Part shown: positions 33,636 to 44,993 of the stretch, piece by piece
How the letters are laid out: the number at the start of each line of letters is the position of its first letter
Position numbering within the stretch: the stretch's first letter is position 1
Assembly: GCA_963788555.1 (NCBI GenBank)
Contig: CAWBHM010000022.1
Coordinates: 54,993 to 118,992 of the forward strand
Origin: an uncultured Acidobacteriaceae bacterium
GTDB lineage: Bacteria; Acidobacteriota; Terriglobia; Terriglobales; Acidobacteriaceae
Direction of reading: 5' to 3'
DNA: 64,000 bases
Translations under genes and position numbers: made by a program
The notes under the pieces: model-generated
What the model was told of the DNA's origin: nothing
Databases searched by the model: none
The model's input: only the letters and a program-made list of their open reading frames with translations

Positions 33636-34959
33636 TTAACCAGGAGGGATCTCGTCCCTGACCCCGGATTTCCACGAAGTGCGGCTGACGATTTCGCGTA
33701 GGTTCGTCCGGACACTCTGGAATATCTGCTGCAGCAGTATCTTTCCAGGATCGGAAGGGTCAATCTCCTGCCAACGCGCGTGCGCCAACACCCACACGCC
33801 AGCGAGAACGAAAACGAATCCGGTCCCACCCATCATCAGGACCGTTCGCGGGGGATAGGATTTTCTCTCGGGGACGTCCGCTACATCAAGAACCTTGACG
33901 CTCGGAGTCTCTCGGGCCTCTTCCACCTTAGCCAGTTCGTACTGCTTGGTTAACGTCTCAAAGACCGCTTCCTGCACTCGCAGGCGACGGTAAAGGTCGG
34001 TCCACGTGACGCCGAGAATCGGCAACTGCTCGAATCGACGGATACACATTTGATCCTGCCGCTAGGTTCTCCGTTTGGTGCGGAGCCACCGTCCGTGCCG
34101 TCGGGAGTTTTGCCGCCCAATTTCTGCAGTTGGCGTTTATATTCATCGATCCGGGCCTGGATGGATCGCACGCGCACATTGTTCGCGGTGTAAATCTGGC
34201 GCACGCCCTCTAGTTCTGTCTGTGCCGCAATCAGTTGCCCCTCCAATTCTGCCGCGGCGCCCATCATCGCACGCCCCTGCTCTTTGACATCAATGGCCGT
34301 GTTCTTGCTTGCAAATTGGCTGAAGTCTTTCTCCGCCTGCTCCAAGCCCTGCTGCACTTGGTTGAGCCGTTCTTCCAGAAAGACCCGCTCCTTATGAGCG
34401 GAAGACGTGTTCAGCGTGACGACAATGCGGTTCAGGGAGTCAACATACTCTCGCCCCATTGCGGCGGCCCGGTCGGGATTCTTGTCGCTCACCTTGAGAG
34501 TAATGATCCCGCTTTTGCGGTCAGAGGAAATCTCAGTCCGCGAGTCCAATTGCTTCCGAGCACTTTCATACCCCTTCCCTGCGCTCTCGGACCCGAAACT
34601 CCATATGCCTTTCTCAAATCAAACTTATTGATCACATCAATCTGCACAGTGCGGCTGTGGAGGACCCCAACGAACAGATCGCCGGAAGTCTTCAATCCGA
34701 GCAATTCTGTCCCGAGCCCTCCCAGGTCCCCCCCGCCTTTGTTAAGGCTGCCAGCATCGAAGCCATTCCCTGTCCTGCTTGATCGGGAGGCATCAACTGC
34801 GTCGTCGAGGTGTAAAGTACGGGAATCGAGAAAAGCGATGATGGTCGAAACAACGAAGCCTATCGCCGCCCAGCGAAAAAGAAATCGCCGATGCTCCCAA
34901 AGCAAGCTCAGCGCGGCGACGATTTTTCCCTGTTTGCGAGTTCCTCCTTCGTCGCCCAA
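33636..34959 (-). pseudogene. polysaccharide chain-length determinant (Wzz/GumC-like, no kinase domain seen), at least 3 frame changes
   Basis: The N-terminal TM LLWEHRRFLFRWAAIGFVVSTIIAF lies in ORF 34489..34959. The coiled-coil periplasmic part lies in ORF 33950..34549. The C-terminal part, with the second TM LMMGGTGFVFVLAGVWVLA, lies in ORF 33636..34049. The N-terminus may extend to about 35030. Confidence 0.7.
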
Positions 34960-34972
34960 GATCAGTTCGGGC

Positions 34973-37553
34973 TCAAGCTCCGGCTCGGTGATAGTGAGTC
35001 TCTCGCTTTGTGATTTCTTTCGTCGCCATCTTTTTGGCTGCTCCGTTTGTTCGCCAAATCACTATTGTCGAACTGTTCTTGCGCAAAAAGCCCTTAGGCC
35101 AGAACGTCAACTGCACCGAAGTCGCTACATCCGACTGCTGCGTGGACGCGATCACAGGAAAGGTCCACGTTTCATACTGCACAACCGCAGACAGACTGAA
35201 GCTCGATCGCACCCAGAAATCTGCTCGGACGCTCCGTCGGTCAGAGTGCCCCCATCGGGGATGAATTCATGGCTGACTTTCAGATGCCTGAACTCAAATT
35301 GTAGTTTATTACGCGGTGTGAACCAATACGTGGTCCAAGCCTGTACACCCTGGCCCTCACGACCGACCCAGTGGCCCATCAAATTGCCCGAGTTCGTGAA
35401 GCCAGAGATCCAAGTCGGGTTATAGTAAAAGAAGCCGGATCCGACATTTCCCCCAATCGGTGGGTCGGTATACACACCCTCGGCGCGGAAATCCATCTTC
35501 GGGTCAGGAAGGCCGGGGAATGTAGATTCCTCCGAGCCACGCTGCGACATCGAGGCAATAATGGGACTGATCGTGTCATGCTCTGTCATGCCATCAGCGT
35601 ATAAAGTCAGCCCTCGGAAACGGTAGCTAAAGTCCAAGCCGGAGCGGCGCGACCCGGGCTTATCGGCAGCTCCGGGAATCGTTTCTGTTCGTGAAAACAC
35701 ACTTCGGAGAAACGTGTGCCAGGTCAACGGATAATTCGGGACCACCGTAGTCTGTCGTTCGCGACAGGCCAAATTCGAAGTTGGGGGTCGGCTTGAAACT
35801 GAATCGTTCGCCGTGGACAATCGGCTGCGGGTGCAGGAATTGGCCGTACTGACCTACGAGGCCCGCGGGAGTAAACATGAACTCGTATCCAGAGTACTGG
35901 CCAAGGAAGAACTCGACGCGTATCGGTCCCAGCACCCCCAGGAAGCTCGGGAGCTTGAAAGGCGTTACGCGATTGATGCGGAACATCGTCAGGGGATCCG
36001 CGTTGTCACTCAACATCACCCCCCCCCCTTCATCGGGTCCCCACCAGAGGCTTTGCTTTCCGTAGGAGAGCTGCCAATTGGAGATGTTCATCGCAACATA
36101 CGAATCCAGGAGACGAGCACGGTCAACGGAGGGGGTTGGGGTGTCCGGTTCAATTGGCCACGGTGTTGGAACAATTGAGTGGCTGAAATCCGCCACATTA
36201 TTGCGTGGCGAGCCGTCAATGGAAGAGCTGGCGCCGAAGGTGAATGCTGGAATTCACCATTCACATAAGCTGCAAATGGTCCGTCCGCCACCCAACCTGA
36301 CAGCCCCGAAACATTATTGAAACCCTGTTCCTCGGGGCGGCCACGGTCGTTGTAGATCGTCTCTCCAAAGTGGTACCCATCCGTGAGGGGTTGGCCCGCG
36401 ATTTCCGTAACTCGAGTGTACGCGGATTCCAAGCGGATCTCGGCGTTGTCTCCGCCGCCTAGCAAGGCGACCTCACGTCCGAACTCCCCCACCAGGGCCC
36501 GGTAGAGGCGCGCTGCTTCGTTTTCACCCCCGTCGTCGTCAACGATGCGGTCTGCAGCCTCGCCAAGCTGCCTAGCACACTCCATGCGGGTCCAAGGGCG
36601 CATACCCACAATGGCACTATTGATGTACCCGAGCGCAGCCAACCGTTCCAGTGCTGGGTAGATCCAGCTGTCCAGCGGAACATAGGGCGACCCCATAAAC
36701 TTCACCGGCCAGTTGGAGTGGAAACCCTGCTGGACTGCAGGAAAATCCCAATTTGCTCCGGGAAGTTCAGGCTTGTGATGCTTTCGATAGACGTATTCGC
36801 TAGTCAGATATCCGATGGCCGCACCCACAAGCACATCGGACGGAAAATGCTGCTTCGCACCAATCCGGGCCAAAACTAACGGTGCTCGCCATTCCGTAGG
36901 CGAGAAATTTCATCAACGGGCTGGGATACTCGTGGGCCATGATTCCAGCAATGGACCAGACTGCTGCGGCGTGCCGGAGGGAATGATGACCCGCCCTTCC
37001 AGAACTGTCCGTCGCCGTTGTCCTGGTACGGGCGTTGGCGTCCCGTAACCAATTTGAGGGCTTCGACCGCGATAAGGCTGTCAATGGCCGCTTCCCCGCT
37101 AAGAAAGCCCGACTCGCGCTGGTGCTCGTTGTGGGTCAGAAGTCCCAGAAAGTAGGTTCCCGCCGCTCCCGCCATGGAATAAGCACCGTAGTCCGAAATG
37201 TGGAGGTAAGTGGTGTGTGTATTTGGATTGGCGGTGAGATGGCGGCTGAAGTCACTATCGGTCACGAACAGCGCGGCGGTGAGTCCTCCCAGCGGCACTA
37301 ACCAGGTGGCGTCGGAGTAGCGAACCTTGGAGGGGCTTGTCCACATGCCGATTTGGTCGTGAAGAATCGCTTGAGGAAGTGTGACGGCTTTATTCTCGGT
37401 CTCGTTAGGCTGGGGTGTATCCGGAACCTCCGAGGCACGATCGTCCGCGTGTCCTGTGCTGTTGCGCCGGAGGGGCGAATTCACATTGCCGTTCGCCGGG
37501 ACAACTGGGCCGATGGATTGCCCAACGAGACCGCCGAAGCCACCAGAACGCAT
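34973..37553 (-). pseudogene. PAP2-family phosphatase domain fused to capsule-assembly Wzi-like outer-membrane domain; many frame changes
   Basis: PAP2 motifs: KLVTGRQRP (ORF 36876..38240), a probable PSGH motif falling at a frame break followed by AAAVWSIAG (frame 36800..37084), and ARIGAKQHFPSDVLVGAAIG (ORF 36088..36873). That last ORF continues without a stop into Wzi-like SWIYPALERLAALGYI. Wzi-like beta-barrel pieces lie in ORFs 35660..36196, 35152..35820 and 34973..35212. Confidence 0.6.
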
Positions 37554-37600
37554 ATCGTCGTGATCCAAACCTGTCCCCCAAGTCGATTCAAATGACGTCC

Positions 37601-40600
37601 TCAATTGGCCGCGGCTAGAAACTGGAGATAGGTGGAAAGAAGAAGTGCGCTGGTTGTGATCGAAGTCAACACCTGCAGTTGCGAATATGGTTTTCCAGAT
37701 GGGCGGACCGCCGAGCACTTTTTCCGGAACGACAATCATGTCTCCGGGTTGCCAGGGTACGTTCATCCAGTCGCCGGCGATCCAGGATGAACTGTGATTG
37801 CCGATCACGGTGCCGTCCGCGCGGATTGCAAAAGTGGCTTTTTTGTTCGCCAGGTTGGTCGTGCCGCCTGCCTGCAAGAGATACCACTTGGCGCTTTTGC
37901 CGGGCCGATATGCGACGGCCGTCGGTCCGTATACCTGCCCCTGCACCAGCACGTAGCTGGCGCGCTTGGGCACGATGAGGACATCGCCGGCCCGGACCGT
38001 GATGTCCCGAGGGGTGTTCGCCCAGCTCTTGATATTGGAAGAAACTTGGATCGTGACACGTCCAGGGGGAGGACTATTCATTAAGCTGTCGAGTGCGCTC
38101 TGCCACTGCACCAAAGCCGCCTCGGCTGAAAGCTTCTGGTCTGGATCGGTGGTACTGGTTGCAGTCAGTTTCAGCGTGGTCTGCTGTTCCCGTACCCGTT
38201 CGACCAGTTCCGCGTACGATCTCTGTTGGATCTTTTGCACTTCTGTTCTAGCAAGACTCCACCGTAAGGGTACGCAGCAGGTGCAAATCCGCCCGCACGC
38301 AACAGCGCAGCAGCTAGTTTCTCTCCCGGGCTGATACCATAACTGCCGGGATGAAGAACCTCACCGCGGAGCGAGATCGAGGCTCCAAGATCGTTCAATC
38401 CCGGCATCTGTGGAATCGTGAGCACGTCCCCATTATTCAGCGCGAGGTTGCTATCCGAGTTGGCAGTCAGGGCGTCAACTAGAGCGATCTTTTCTTGTTT
38501 GCCCGTGATCTGCTTATCATCGTTCCAGTAGTAATGTGTGAGATCGGCCGTTGCAGTATCGGCGCCTCTCGTCAGACCGCCGGCAACACGAATCAGATCA
38601 GAAATCCGCATGTTGTCCGTAAGCGGATAACGTCCCGGGCGTCCAACCTCGCCCTTTATGTATACGGTCGCTGCTTGTATCGCCGCTGGATTCTTATGGA
38701 TGAGGACTCGGTCGCGCGAGCTTAGAACGATATCGTCGGTTGGGCTGCCGTCGAGTGCGCCGCTTAGCTTGACGTCGAAAATCTTCAGCGTACTGTCAGG
38801 CATATAGCGGAATACCTGTGCATCCCCCGTCTCCGCGTCGGGAGCGAGGCCGCCGGCCAAATGGATCGCATCGCTGAGGTGAATGTCTCCTGAAGTCTGG
38901 TACGTTCCCGGGGCACGCACGTCGCCCCAAACCGACACGTCGGGCGGGTTCTCAAAGTCGTAGCGTCCAAAGAACTGGACCGTATCCAAGGGCTTCAGTT
39001 CGGGTGCTTTTTCAGGATTGGCGAGTGCCTCGGCAACGCTGAAGCTTTGCACTGTCGGTCGATAGTCCGGCAGGCTGAGGCGAATGATCTCGCCGTACTG
39101 CAACGCCGGTTCTGGCAGCAGGTCCTTGTAGGAGCCGATCAGATCTGTGATCCGCATTCCCTCGCGGTAGGAGTACTTGCCGGGGCGAACAACATGCCCT
39201 TCCAGGTAAACGACGTCCTGGGTATACGGAGCGATGGGGAAAACCCTGATCTTATCGCCATCCTGGATTTGGAACGACTCTAAGCGCTTTGTAGCCTCGG
39301 CCGGCTGTTCGTCCGGCGGCACGTCCACGGCTAGCATCGTCTGCTTCTCATGCGCGACCGTTCGCTGAACTTCGATATGACGCAAGGTCGCAGACGGCAG
39401 CAGGCCACCGGCGAGGGCGATCGCGTCCGCCAGTGATTTTTCGTCCTTCAGTTCGTAGATCGCGGGACGTCGAACCATTCCCTCGATTGTGATCTGTGCC
39501 CCTAAAGGAGGAACCATCACCGTGTCGCCGTTTTCCAGTCTCATGATGTCGCCCTTGACCCCGCGAAGCAGCAGATCATAGACGTCGACATCCTGCACCG
39601 ATTCGTTTCCCCGATTGTGTTTCAGAATGCGCAACGATCCGCGACCGGTGGGACCTCCCGCCGCAAACAAAGCGTTCAGGGGGGGTCGACAACGAACCAA
39701 TGTCGTAGGCGCTTGGCCGTACGACGTCCCCAACGACGTAAACGCGGATCGTTCGTAGCCGTGACAGCGACACATCGGCGGAAACGTCACGGAATTGCGT
39801 TCGCAGCGTCTTCTGCACAGATTCCTGCACGTCAGCCAGCGACTTGCCCGCCACCATCAGCGGTCCGACCTCCGGCAGACTAATCCGGCCCTCTCGATCG
39901 ACCACGCGATAGAAGCGCCGCGAGACACCTCCCCACAAATCGACCGATATGCCATCCCCAGGCCCAATCACGTATTCGGGTCCGACCGGAAGATCCATGG
40001 GCATCGACTGAAGATCGCGCGTGCCGTTTTCAAATACCTGCATGCCGAAGCGCTCGACAGCGGGCGGTCGTGCCGCCGCCTGCAGATACATGTCATATAA
40101 CGACGGAATTTCTTCGTACGGATTTGGTCGCCTCACCATCCGCTGGGTCGGGCTAACGGACTCACGAGCACGCCGCGCATTCCACTGCGCTGCGGGGTTG
40201 TTTCCGAGGTCGTAAGTCGATGCGCGACCTCCCGACGGATACGAACTCCTGCTCGAATAGCCCGTGCTGTTGGTTCCGGAATTTCCGTAGACGCTTCCGG
40301 AAGAATTGCCATAGGAGTTACCGTACAAGCCCTGACTGAAGTCTTCGCCCGCGAAGTCGGACATCATGGACAAATCTTCAAGTTGGCTGCCGCCCATTCC
40401 TTGAAGTTGTCCCTGCATCGTTTGTCCCTGCATCGTTCCCATTGAGCTTCGCTGCGATTGGTTTTCGTCCTGCCCCATTTCGGAACTTCGTCCATAGAGC
40501 GAAGAGCCCCCGAATGCGCTTCCGGTTTGCGTTTGTCCCATCGACAATGAGTCCCCGCCGTTGGTTCTCAGCAGTTCGGTCACGTCGTTACCAGATGTGC

Positions 40601-41280
40601 GCGGAGCGTACGGCACCGTTGGCGGGTTGGTCAGAGGGTTTTGCGAGACCGGGTACATCACTCGGCAGTGGATTCATCCCCGGTTGCTGTTGAGGCAGTT
40701 GCTGAATCGAAGGAGTATTGGTGTTGTCTTGCGTAGGACAGTTGCGGCTGCGTGGGTCACAGTACTGTGTCTGGTTCAGCGTCCGATCTTGCTGTTGGCG
40801 CGCTCTTGTCCGTTCCGTCTCCTCCTCCTGAGCTATCCATCTCACTCGCTCCTGCATGAGGAGGTCCCGCTCCCTCGCTAGTGGCGATTCAGGGTTAACG
40901 GTCGGCTGCAGGTAGCCGTATTTCTGGACCAGTGCGGTGGCTACCGAGCGAAACGCAATGTCGCTTTCCAGCCGGTCGAAGATTGCTTCATCGGTAAGGT
41001 CGGAGTCCGAAATCACCTGACCGTGATCGGTGGCGTCTTTGGCAATCCAATGCTTCAGTTCGACCATGAGCCCCGGGTCTTTGTGCAGGATTACGACAAG
41101 TTGGCCAACCGAGGCTGCTACGTGCGTCAGATTCTGGCGCCCCAGTTCGGACTGCGGAGCCGGCGATTGCTGTCGCGTCTGGCCAAAAAGTCCCACGCAA
41201 CCGATGGCAAAACCCAGCCCTACACTCATCGCTGTGCTGCGGCAGTGAGCCAGCGAAATTGCGGACCTAATTGAACTCAT
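37601..41280 (-). pseudogene. very long Wza-type polysaccharide export protein (Poly_export plus multiple SLBB domains) with S/G/Q/N-rich N-terminal region; about 4 frame changes
   Basis: The signal peptide and N-terminal domain lie in ORF 40588..41310. The low-complexity region plus Poly_export (YVIGPGDGISVDLWG...GRISLPEVGPLMVAGKSLADVQ) lies in ORF 39576..40661. Repeated SLBB modules lie in ORF 38171..39790 and the first ~190 aa of ORF 36876..38240. A hydrophobic C-terminal helix LQVLTSITTSALLLSTYLQFLAAAN with its stop at 37601-37603 lies in a further frame. Confidence 0.75.
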
Positions 41281-41829
41281 TACCCCTATAGTACTCAAAC
41301 CGGAATGCACCTCTGTATTGGGTTCGCGAAGCTACAGGATTTACGTTTTCTACACGACGTGACGCACGGCAATCTTTTCGAATGGGTGACGGTCCAGCAT
41401 TGATCAGAGATCTTCATCTCCACAGGAGCACATGGCAGGGGCGCACAATCGTAGAGAACTTTTCAGTCAAAACTGGAACACATGCGCACACCCATAACCT
41501 TTTGGTCCTCTTAAGCTTAACCCATGGAGCCAGCAAATGTTTCTCGGCGGGACCGGCGGTAGCCACGCCGCATGCAAAAAGGCGTTCCTGCTGGATTAAG
41601 GCGGAGCATCAACAATGCGCCCCGAGTACTATAGCGTAATTATGACCTATCTGGGAGCAAGAAACGGTTTCAATTGGAATCGCTCGCCCACATCTTGAGT
41701 TCTACTATCAGCCCCGATTTTCAGTGGCGAATGCAGCGAAGACCGTTTTGACACGAACCTCCCCCCACTGGCCGCGTCCCTGGCAACACCGGTCGTTGCG
41801 ACGCAATGCGGATTTGAGTAAATCTTTTC

Positions 41830-42939
41830 TTGTCGCCGGATTCATCTGGTGGAGCTACGCGGGATAAAACCGACGACCTCATCATTGCGAACGATGGCGT
41901 TAGCCGAACTGTCTCATTGACTGGCTTAGGCTTCGCAGACCAGTTCGGTCATTACGGTCCAATTCAAGTTAGCTTGCCTGGGAGTTGCCTAAACTTCACC
42001 GCGGGAGACGTTGCACCGTCGACATCGTTAGAGATGCGTTTTTGCGACAGCGGCAGTTTCCAAAGTATAATCAACCTCACGAATTTTGGAGTGTTTTTTA
42101 CGTCCACCATAATGATCCCTGCCAAGCAAGCTACGAAAGCAACGATAAACTACTTGGGTTTGACCGATGCGGTTTTTTCCCTCCGAGATCACGCAAAGTA
42201 TTACTTCGACAGCTCTTTGAGAAATCGGAATACGCGGTTCAAGCTCTCTCCGGCCGCCGATGGTCTTCCAATGCCGCCGCCGCATCTCGTCTACCTGGTG
42301 ACGTCGCATTTCGACTGCGAGGCCTTTTACAATAATGGGATACTCGGTGCGAATTGCATTCAAGGAGTTCTATCCAAGAACGGTCTGGATTTCAGCAAAT
42401 TTGGTAAGGTCCTAGACTTCGGATGTGGATGCGGCCGCGTTATTCGGCAATGGCGGAATCTGGCCGGACCGAAGCTATACGGCGTCGATTACAACCCACG
42501 ATCAGTGGAGTGGTGCCGCGCAAACTTGACCTTCGGCGAATTTGCGGTGAACACCTCGGGATCTCCCTTGAACTTCCCAGACGGAACGTTCGACTTTATC
42601 TACTCAATTTCGGTGTTCACGCATCTGACTGAAAGCAACCAGCACTTCTGGATGGGCGAGCTCACCCGCACTCTCAAGCCGGGTGGCCACCTGCTCATTA
42701 CAGTCCACGGTTCCACTCGATTGCACCAGCTCACACCTGAGCAGCGCGACGAATTCGAAGCAGGGAGAGTTGTGGTGACACATTCTCGATACTCAGGTCG
42801 GAATCTGTGCGCTACCTATCATCCCGACACTTACGTTCGGAATGTCCTGTGCCGGGATTTGGTGTTTGTAGCCTTTGAGCCGGGGGGCGCAAGGGATGCC
42901 AATCAAGATATCTTTCTGCTACGGAAGCCTCTCCCATAA
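41830..42939 (+). CDS. class I SAM-dependent methyltransferase with ~140-aa N-terminal extension of unknown function
   Basis: VLDFGCGCGRVIRQW...LYGVDYNPRSVEWC...FDFIYSISVFTHL...LKPGGHLLITVHG. The ORF-track start is TTG and the real start is uncertain. Confidence 0.7.
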   Translation: MSPDSSGGATRDKTDDLIIANDGVSRTVSLTGLGFADQFGHYGPIQVSLPGSCLNFTAGDVAPSTSLEMRFCDSGSFQSIINLTNFGVFFTSTIMIPAKQATKATINYLGLTDAVFSLRDHAKYYFDSSLRNRNTRFKLSPAADGLPMPPPHLVYLVTSHFDCEAFYNNGILGANCIQGVLSKNGLDFSKFGKVLDFGCGCGRVIRQWRNLAGPKLYGVDYNPRSVEWCRANLTFGEFAVNTSGSPLNFPDGTFDFIYSISVFTHLTESNQHFWMGELTRTLKPGGHLLITVHGSTRLHQLTPEQRDEFEAGRVVVTHSRYSGRNLCATYHPDTYVRNVLCRDLVFVAFEPGGARDANQDIFLLRKPLP

Positions 42940-43050
42940 TTGGCGTCGGCGTATTGCGTATGTCCTTCTGAGCGGATCTGCGGGGCGTGTAGCCTTTGCG
43001 TCTCTTCCAGCCAGGTCTTATACTTCATTCCGTCAAGAGGAGGGGTACGC

Positions 43051-44601
43051 ATGTTCTCAGCTGCAACAAGGCAACGCGGTTATTTCGCTTGGGCCGCATT
43101 CCTATTCCTCTGTATGTGTGCGGTTGCAGTTTCCTTACCGACCACAAATCTTTTGCCGGAGAATCCCGTTGTCTTAAATATGTTCTGGAGAATCTCGTTC
43201 GGCCCGGATTACGCCGAAACAACCGACCGCGCGGAAATGATGCGAAACTCGCCCTCCGGCATTATTTACTACGTTCCAGCAGCACCTAACGACCCTCAGG
43301 GCGCTCAAATGCAGCCTGTGTATCGCCTGTTTACCCCTCATATACCCGATCACATGTCATCGATCAAAAAGGGTGAGGGTGGATACAACACGGAGGGCAT
43401 TCTAGGATATGCATGGGTGAACCCCAATGCACATCCGGGCCTTTCCCCCATCCAACGTGTCTATAACGATCAGGCAGGCAGCCCGCACTATCGCGACCAC
43501 GCATTGATGGTTGGACAGACCACAACGCCCGAAGCAAAAACGCAAGACAATCTGCTAAGCGCCGGGTATCACTTCGAGACACCGCTGGGATATGCCTATG
43601 CACGCTATCCGAGTGCGACGAACGACCAGTTCCTGGCGAAGGTCAGCGGCGGAGGCATTACCGTTGCATCGAATGCCGCCGTAGGCTGCACGATCTATGA
43701 ATGGACCTGGTCGGGTATCCAGTTCATCAATGATTTCGACTATGGGCGGCAGATATCCTCCGCGTTTGGTGCTATCGGGGGGCCGGGCGGACAGGCGAAC
43801 AATCCCACTGAGAACGGAGACAAATACGGCGGAGGACCGTCCCCAGAAGACGACGGAACGAAACATGGCACTCCATTGCTGCTACGTCATGGTTCGCCCT
43901 GTTTGTCGATTACCACCAACGGGAATGTTCAGTCTACTCGAGCCATTCCTTTAGAATGGGATCCGGATAAGTTTGGCGGGGGCCGGGACCACCCTGTCAT
44001 TTATCCCAACGTGCAGCTAGGCAAGAATCTCACGCTGGGATGGAGCAAGGACGGTGTAACTCGTCCCATCGCGCTGTATCAGACCGTCCTGAGCAGTCCG
44101 GCGACGATGGATCGTGTTCAGATTGAAGCGCCCTCTGCTTATCTGTTGGCTCGATTTAACAACTACTACATTTATTTTCCCGAGGAGGGCATTCACAGAG
44201 TACACAACTGCATAAATCGGGCGAGCCAAACGTCCGAACGGCTAATCCAGATTCCGGCTTCTTCACCCTGTTTCACCAACGGCAAATACAAAGTGGACGG
44301 CATCGACCCCGGTCCCGTTGCGGTGATTATGTCTTCCGGCACGAGTCCAAGTTCTCCCGCGATGGCTATCTACGCAAATAGTCCTAAGGCGTCCGTCGTA
44401 ATTTACAACCGGTCGCAGGGACCGGATCAGGATCAGTATGGATACAGTTCCGCGAAAGGCTCGATCGTCTATTCAGGTGCTATTCCTGCCGCTCCTCCCG
44501 ATCACCCCTGGACGTTCAACTCGTGGATCATCACCGATACACTTGCCAATGTCGAAAAGGACATCGATCTTCTCCACTCGTGGGGAGTTACGTCACAGTG
44601 A
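43051..44601 (+). CDS. secreted protein of unknown function (about 517 aa)
   Basis: An internal ATG of ORF 42940..44601 is preceded by GAGGAGG. Signal peptide MFSAATRQRGYFAWAAFLFLCMCAVAVS. No family was recognised. The ORF is intact. Confidence 0.55.
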   Translation: MFSAATRQRGYFAWAAFLFLCMCAVAVSLPTTNLLPENPVVLNMFWRISFGPDYAETTDRAEMMRNSPSGIIYYVPAAPNDPQGAQMQPVYRLFTPHIPDHMSSIKKGEGGYNTEGILGYAWVNPNAHPGLSPIQRVYNDQAGSPHYRDHALMVGQTTTPEAKTQDNLLSAGYHFETPLGYAYARYPSATNDQFLAKVSGGGITVASNAAVGCTIYEWTWSGIQFINDFDYGRQISSAFGAIGGPGGQANNPTENGDKYGGGPSPEDDGTKHGTPLLLRHGSPCLSITTNGNVQSTRAIPLEWDPDKFGGGRDHPVIYPNVQLGKNLTLGWSKDGVTRPIALYQTVLSSPATMDRVQIEAPSAYLLARFNNYYIYFPEEGIHRVHNCINRASQTSERLIQIPASSPCFTNGKYKVDGIDPGPVAVIMSSGTSPSSPAMAIYANSPKASVVIYNRSQGPDQDQYGYSSAKGSIVYSGAIPAAPPDHPWTFNSWIITDTLANVEKDIDLLHSWGVTSQ

Positions 44602-44908
44602 CCGATCCCAAGGGCCTAGTTTTATGAACTGCCCGATCAACACGATTGTGATGCACACGAGTGCGCCACCCCAGCCAACTTGCGGAGCGGCAGTGACAAA
44701 TTGAGTATCCATATGGGGCGCACTGAATGTCAGCGGAAAGGTTCCAGTTCGATGGTGTAAAGGGTTTTCGCCTCGCACGGCGCCCATAGTGGAGTCGAAG
44801 CTAAGGACTTTCAGCCTCTTGAATGCCCTAAGTTCCACGGGCAACTCCGTCCCCTCGCCGCAGGCTGAATTACTTTCGCTGAACCTTAATTGAGGGAGCG
44901 TGCCCGAA

Positions 44909-44985
44909 TGGTGGCCCCGGGCAGAGTCGAACTGCCGACCTTCGGTTTAGGAAACCGCTGCTCTATCCATCTGAGCTACGGGGCC
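44909..44985 (-). tRNA. tRNA-Arg (anticodon CCT)
   Basis: The reverse complement reads GGCCCCGTAGCTCAGATGGATAGAGCAGCGGTTTCCTAAACCGAAGGTCGGCAGTTCGACTCTGCCCGGGGCCACCA. It folds by hand into a cloverleaf: 7-bp acceptor stem, GCTC/GAGC D stem, anticodon loop TTCCTAA, GGCAG/CTGCC T stem with a TTCGACT loop, and an encoded CCA. Confidence 0.9.
44947..44985. repeat. 39-bp direct repeat, copy 1 (att site inside the complete tRNA-Arg; tRNA nt 1-39)
   Basis: ttaggaaaccgctgctctatccatctgagctacggggcc is identical to 53073-53111. Confidence 0.9.
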
Positions 44986-44993
44986 ATAAGGAC

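Noticed and set aside
34235-35425. A 396-aa plus-strand ORF, the longest plus-strand ORF in the EPS region.
   Set aside because: It lies antisense to the collinear Wzz and Wzi fragments. Its S/P/R/L-rich low-complexity composition is typical of the reverse frame of GC-rich genes. It has no recognisable motifs.
44593-44844. An 83-aa minus-strand ORF between the secreted-protein gene and the tRNA.
   Set aside because: It overlaps the end of the upstream gene and has no RBS. Only a 39-aa hydrophobic tail looks protein-like, which is insufficient evidence.
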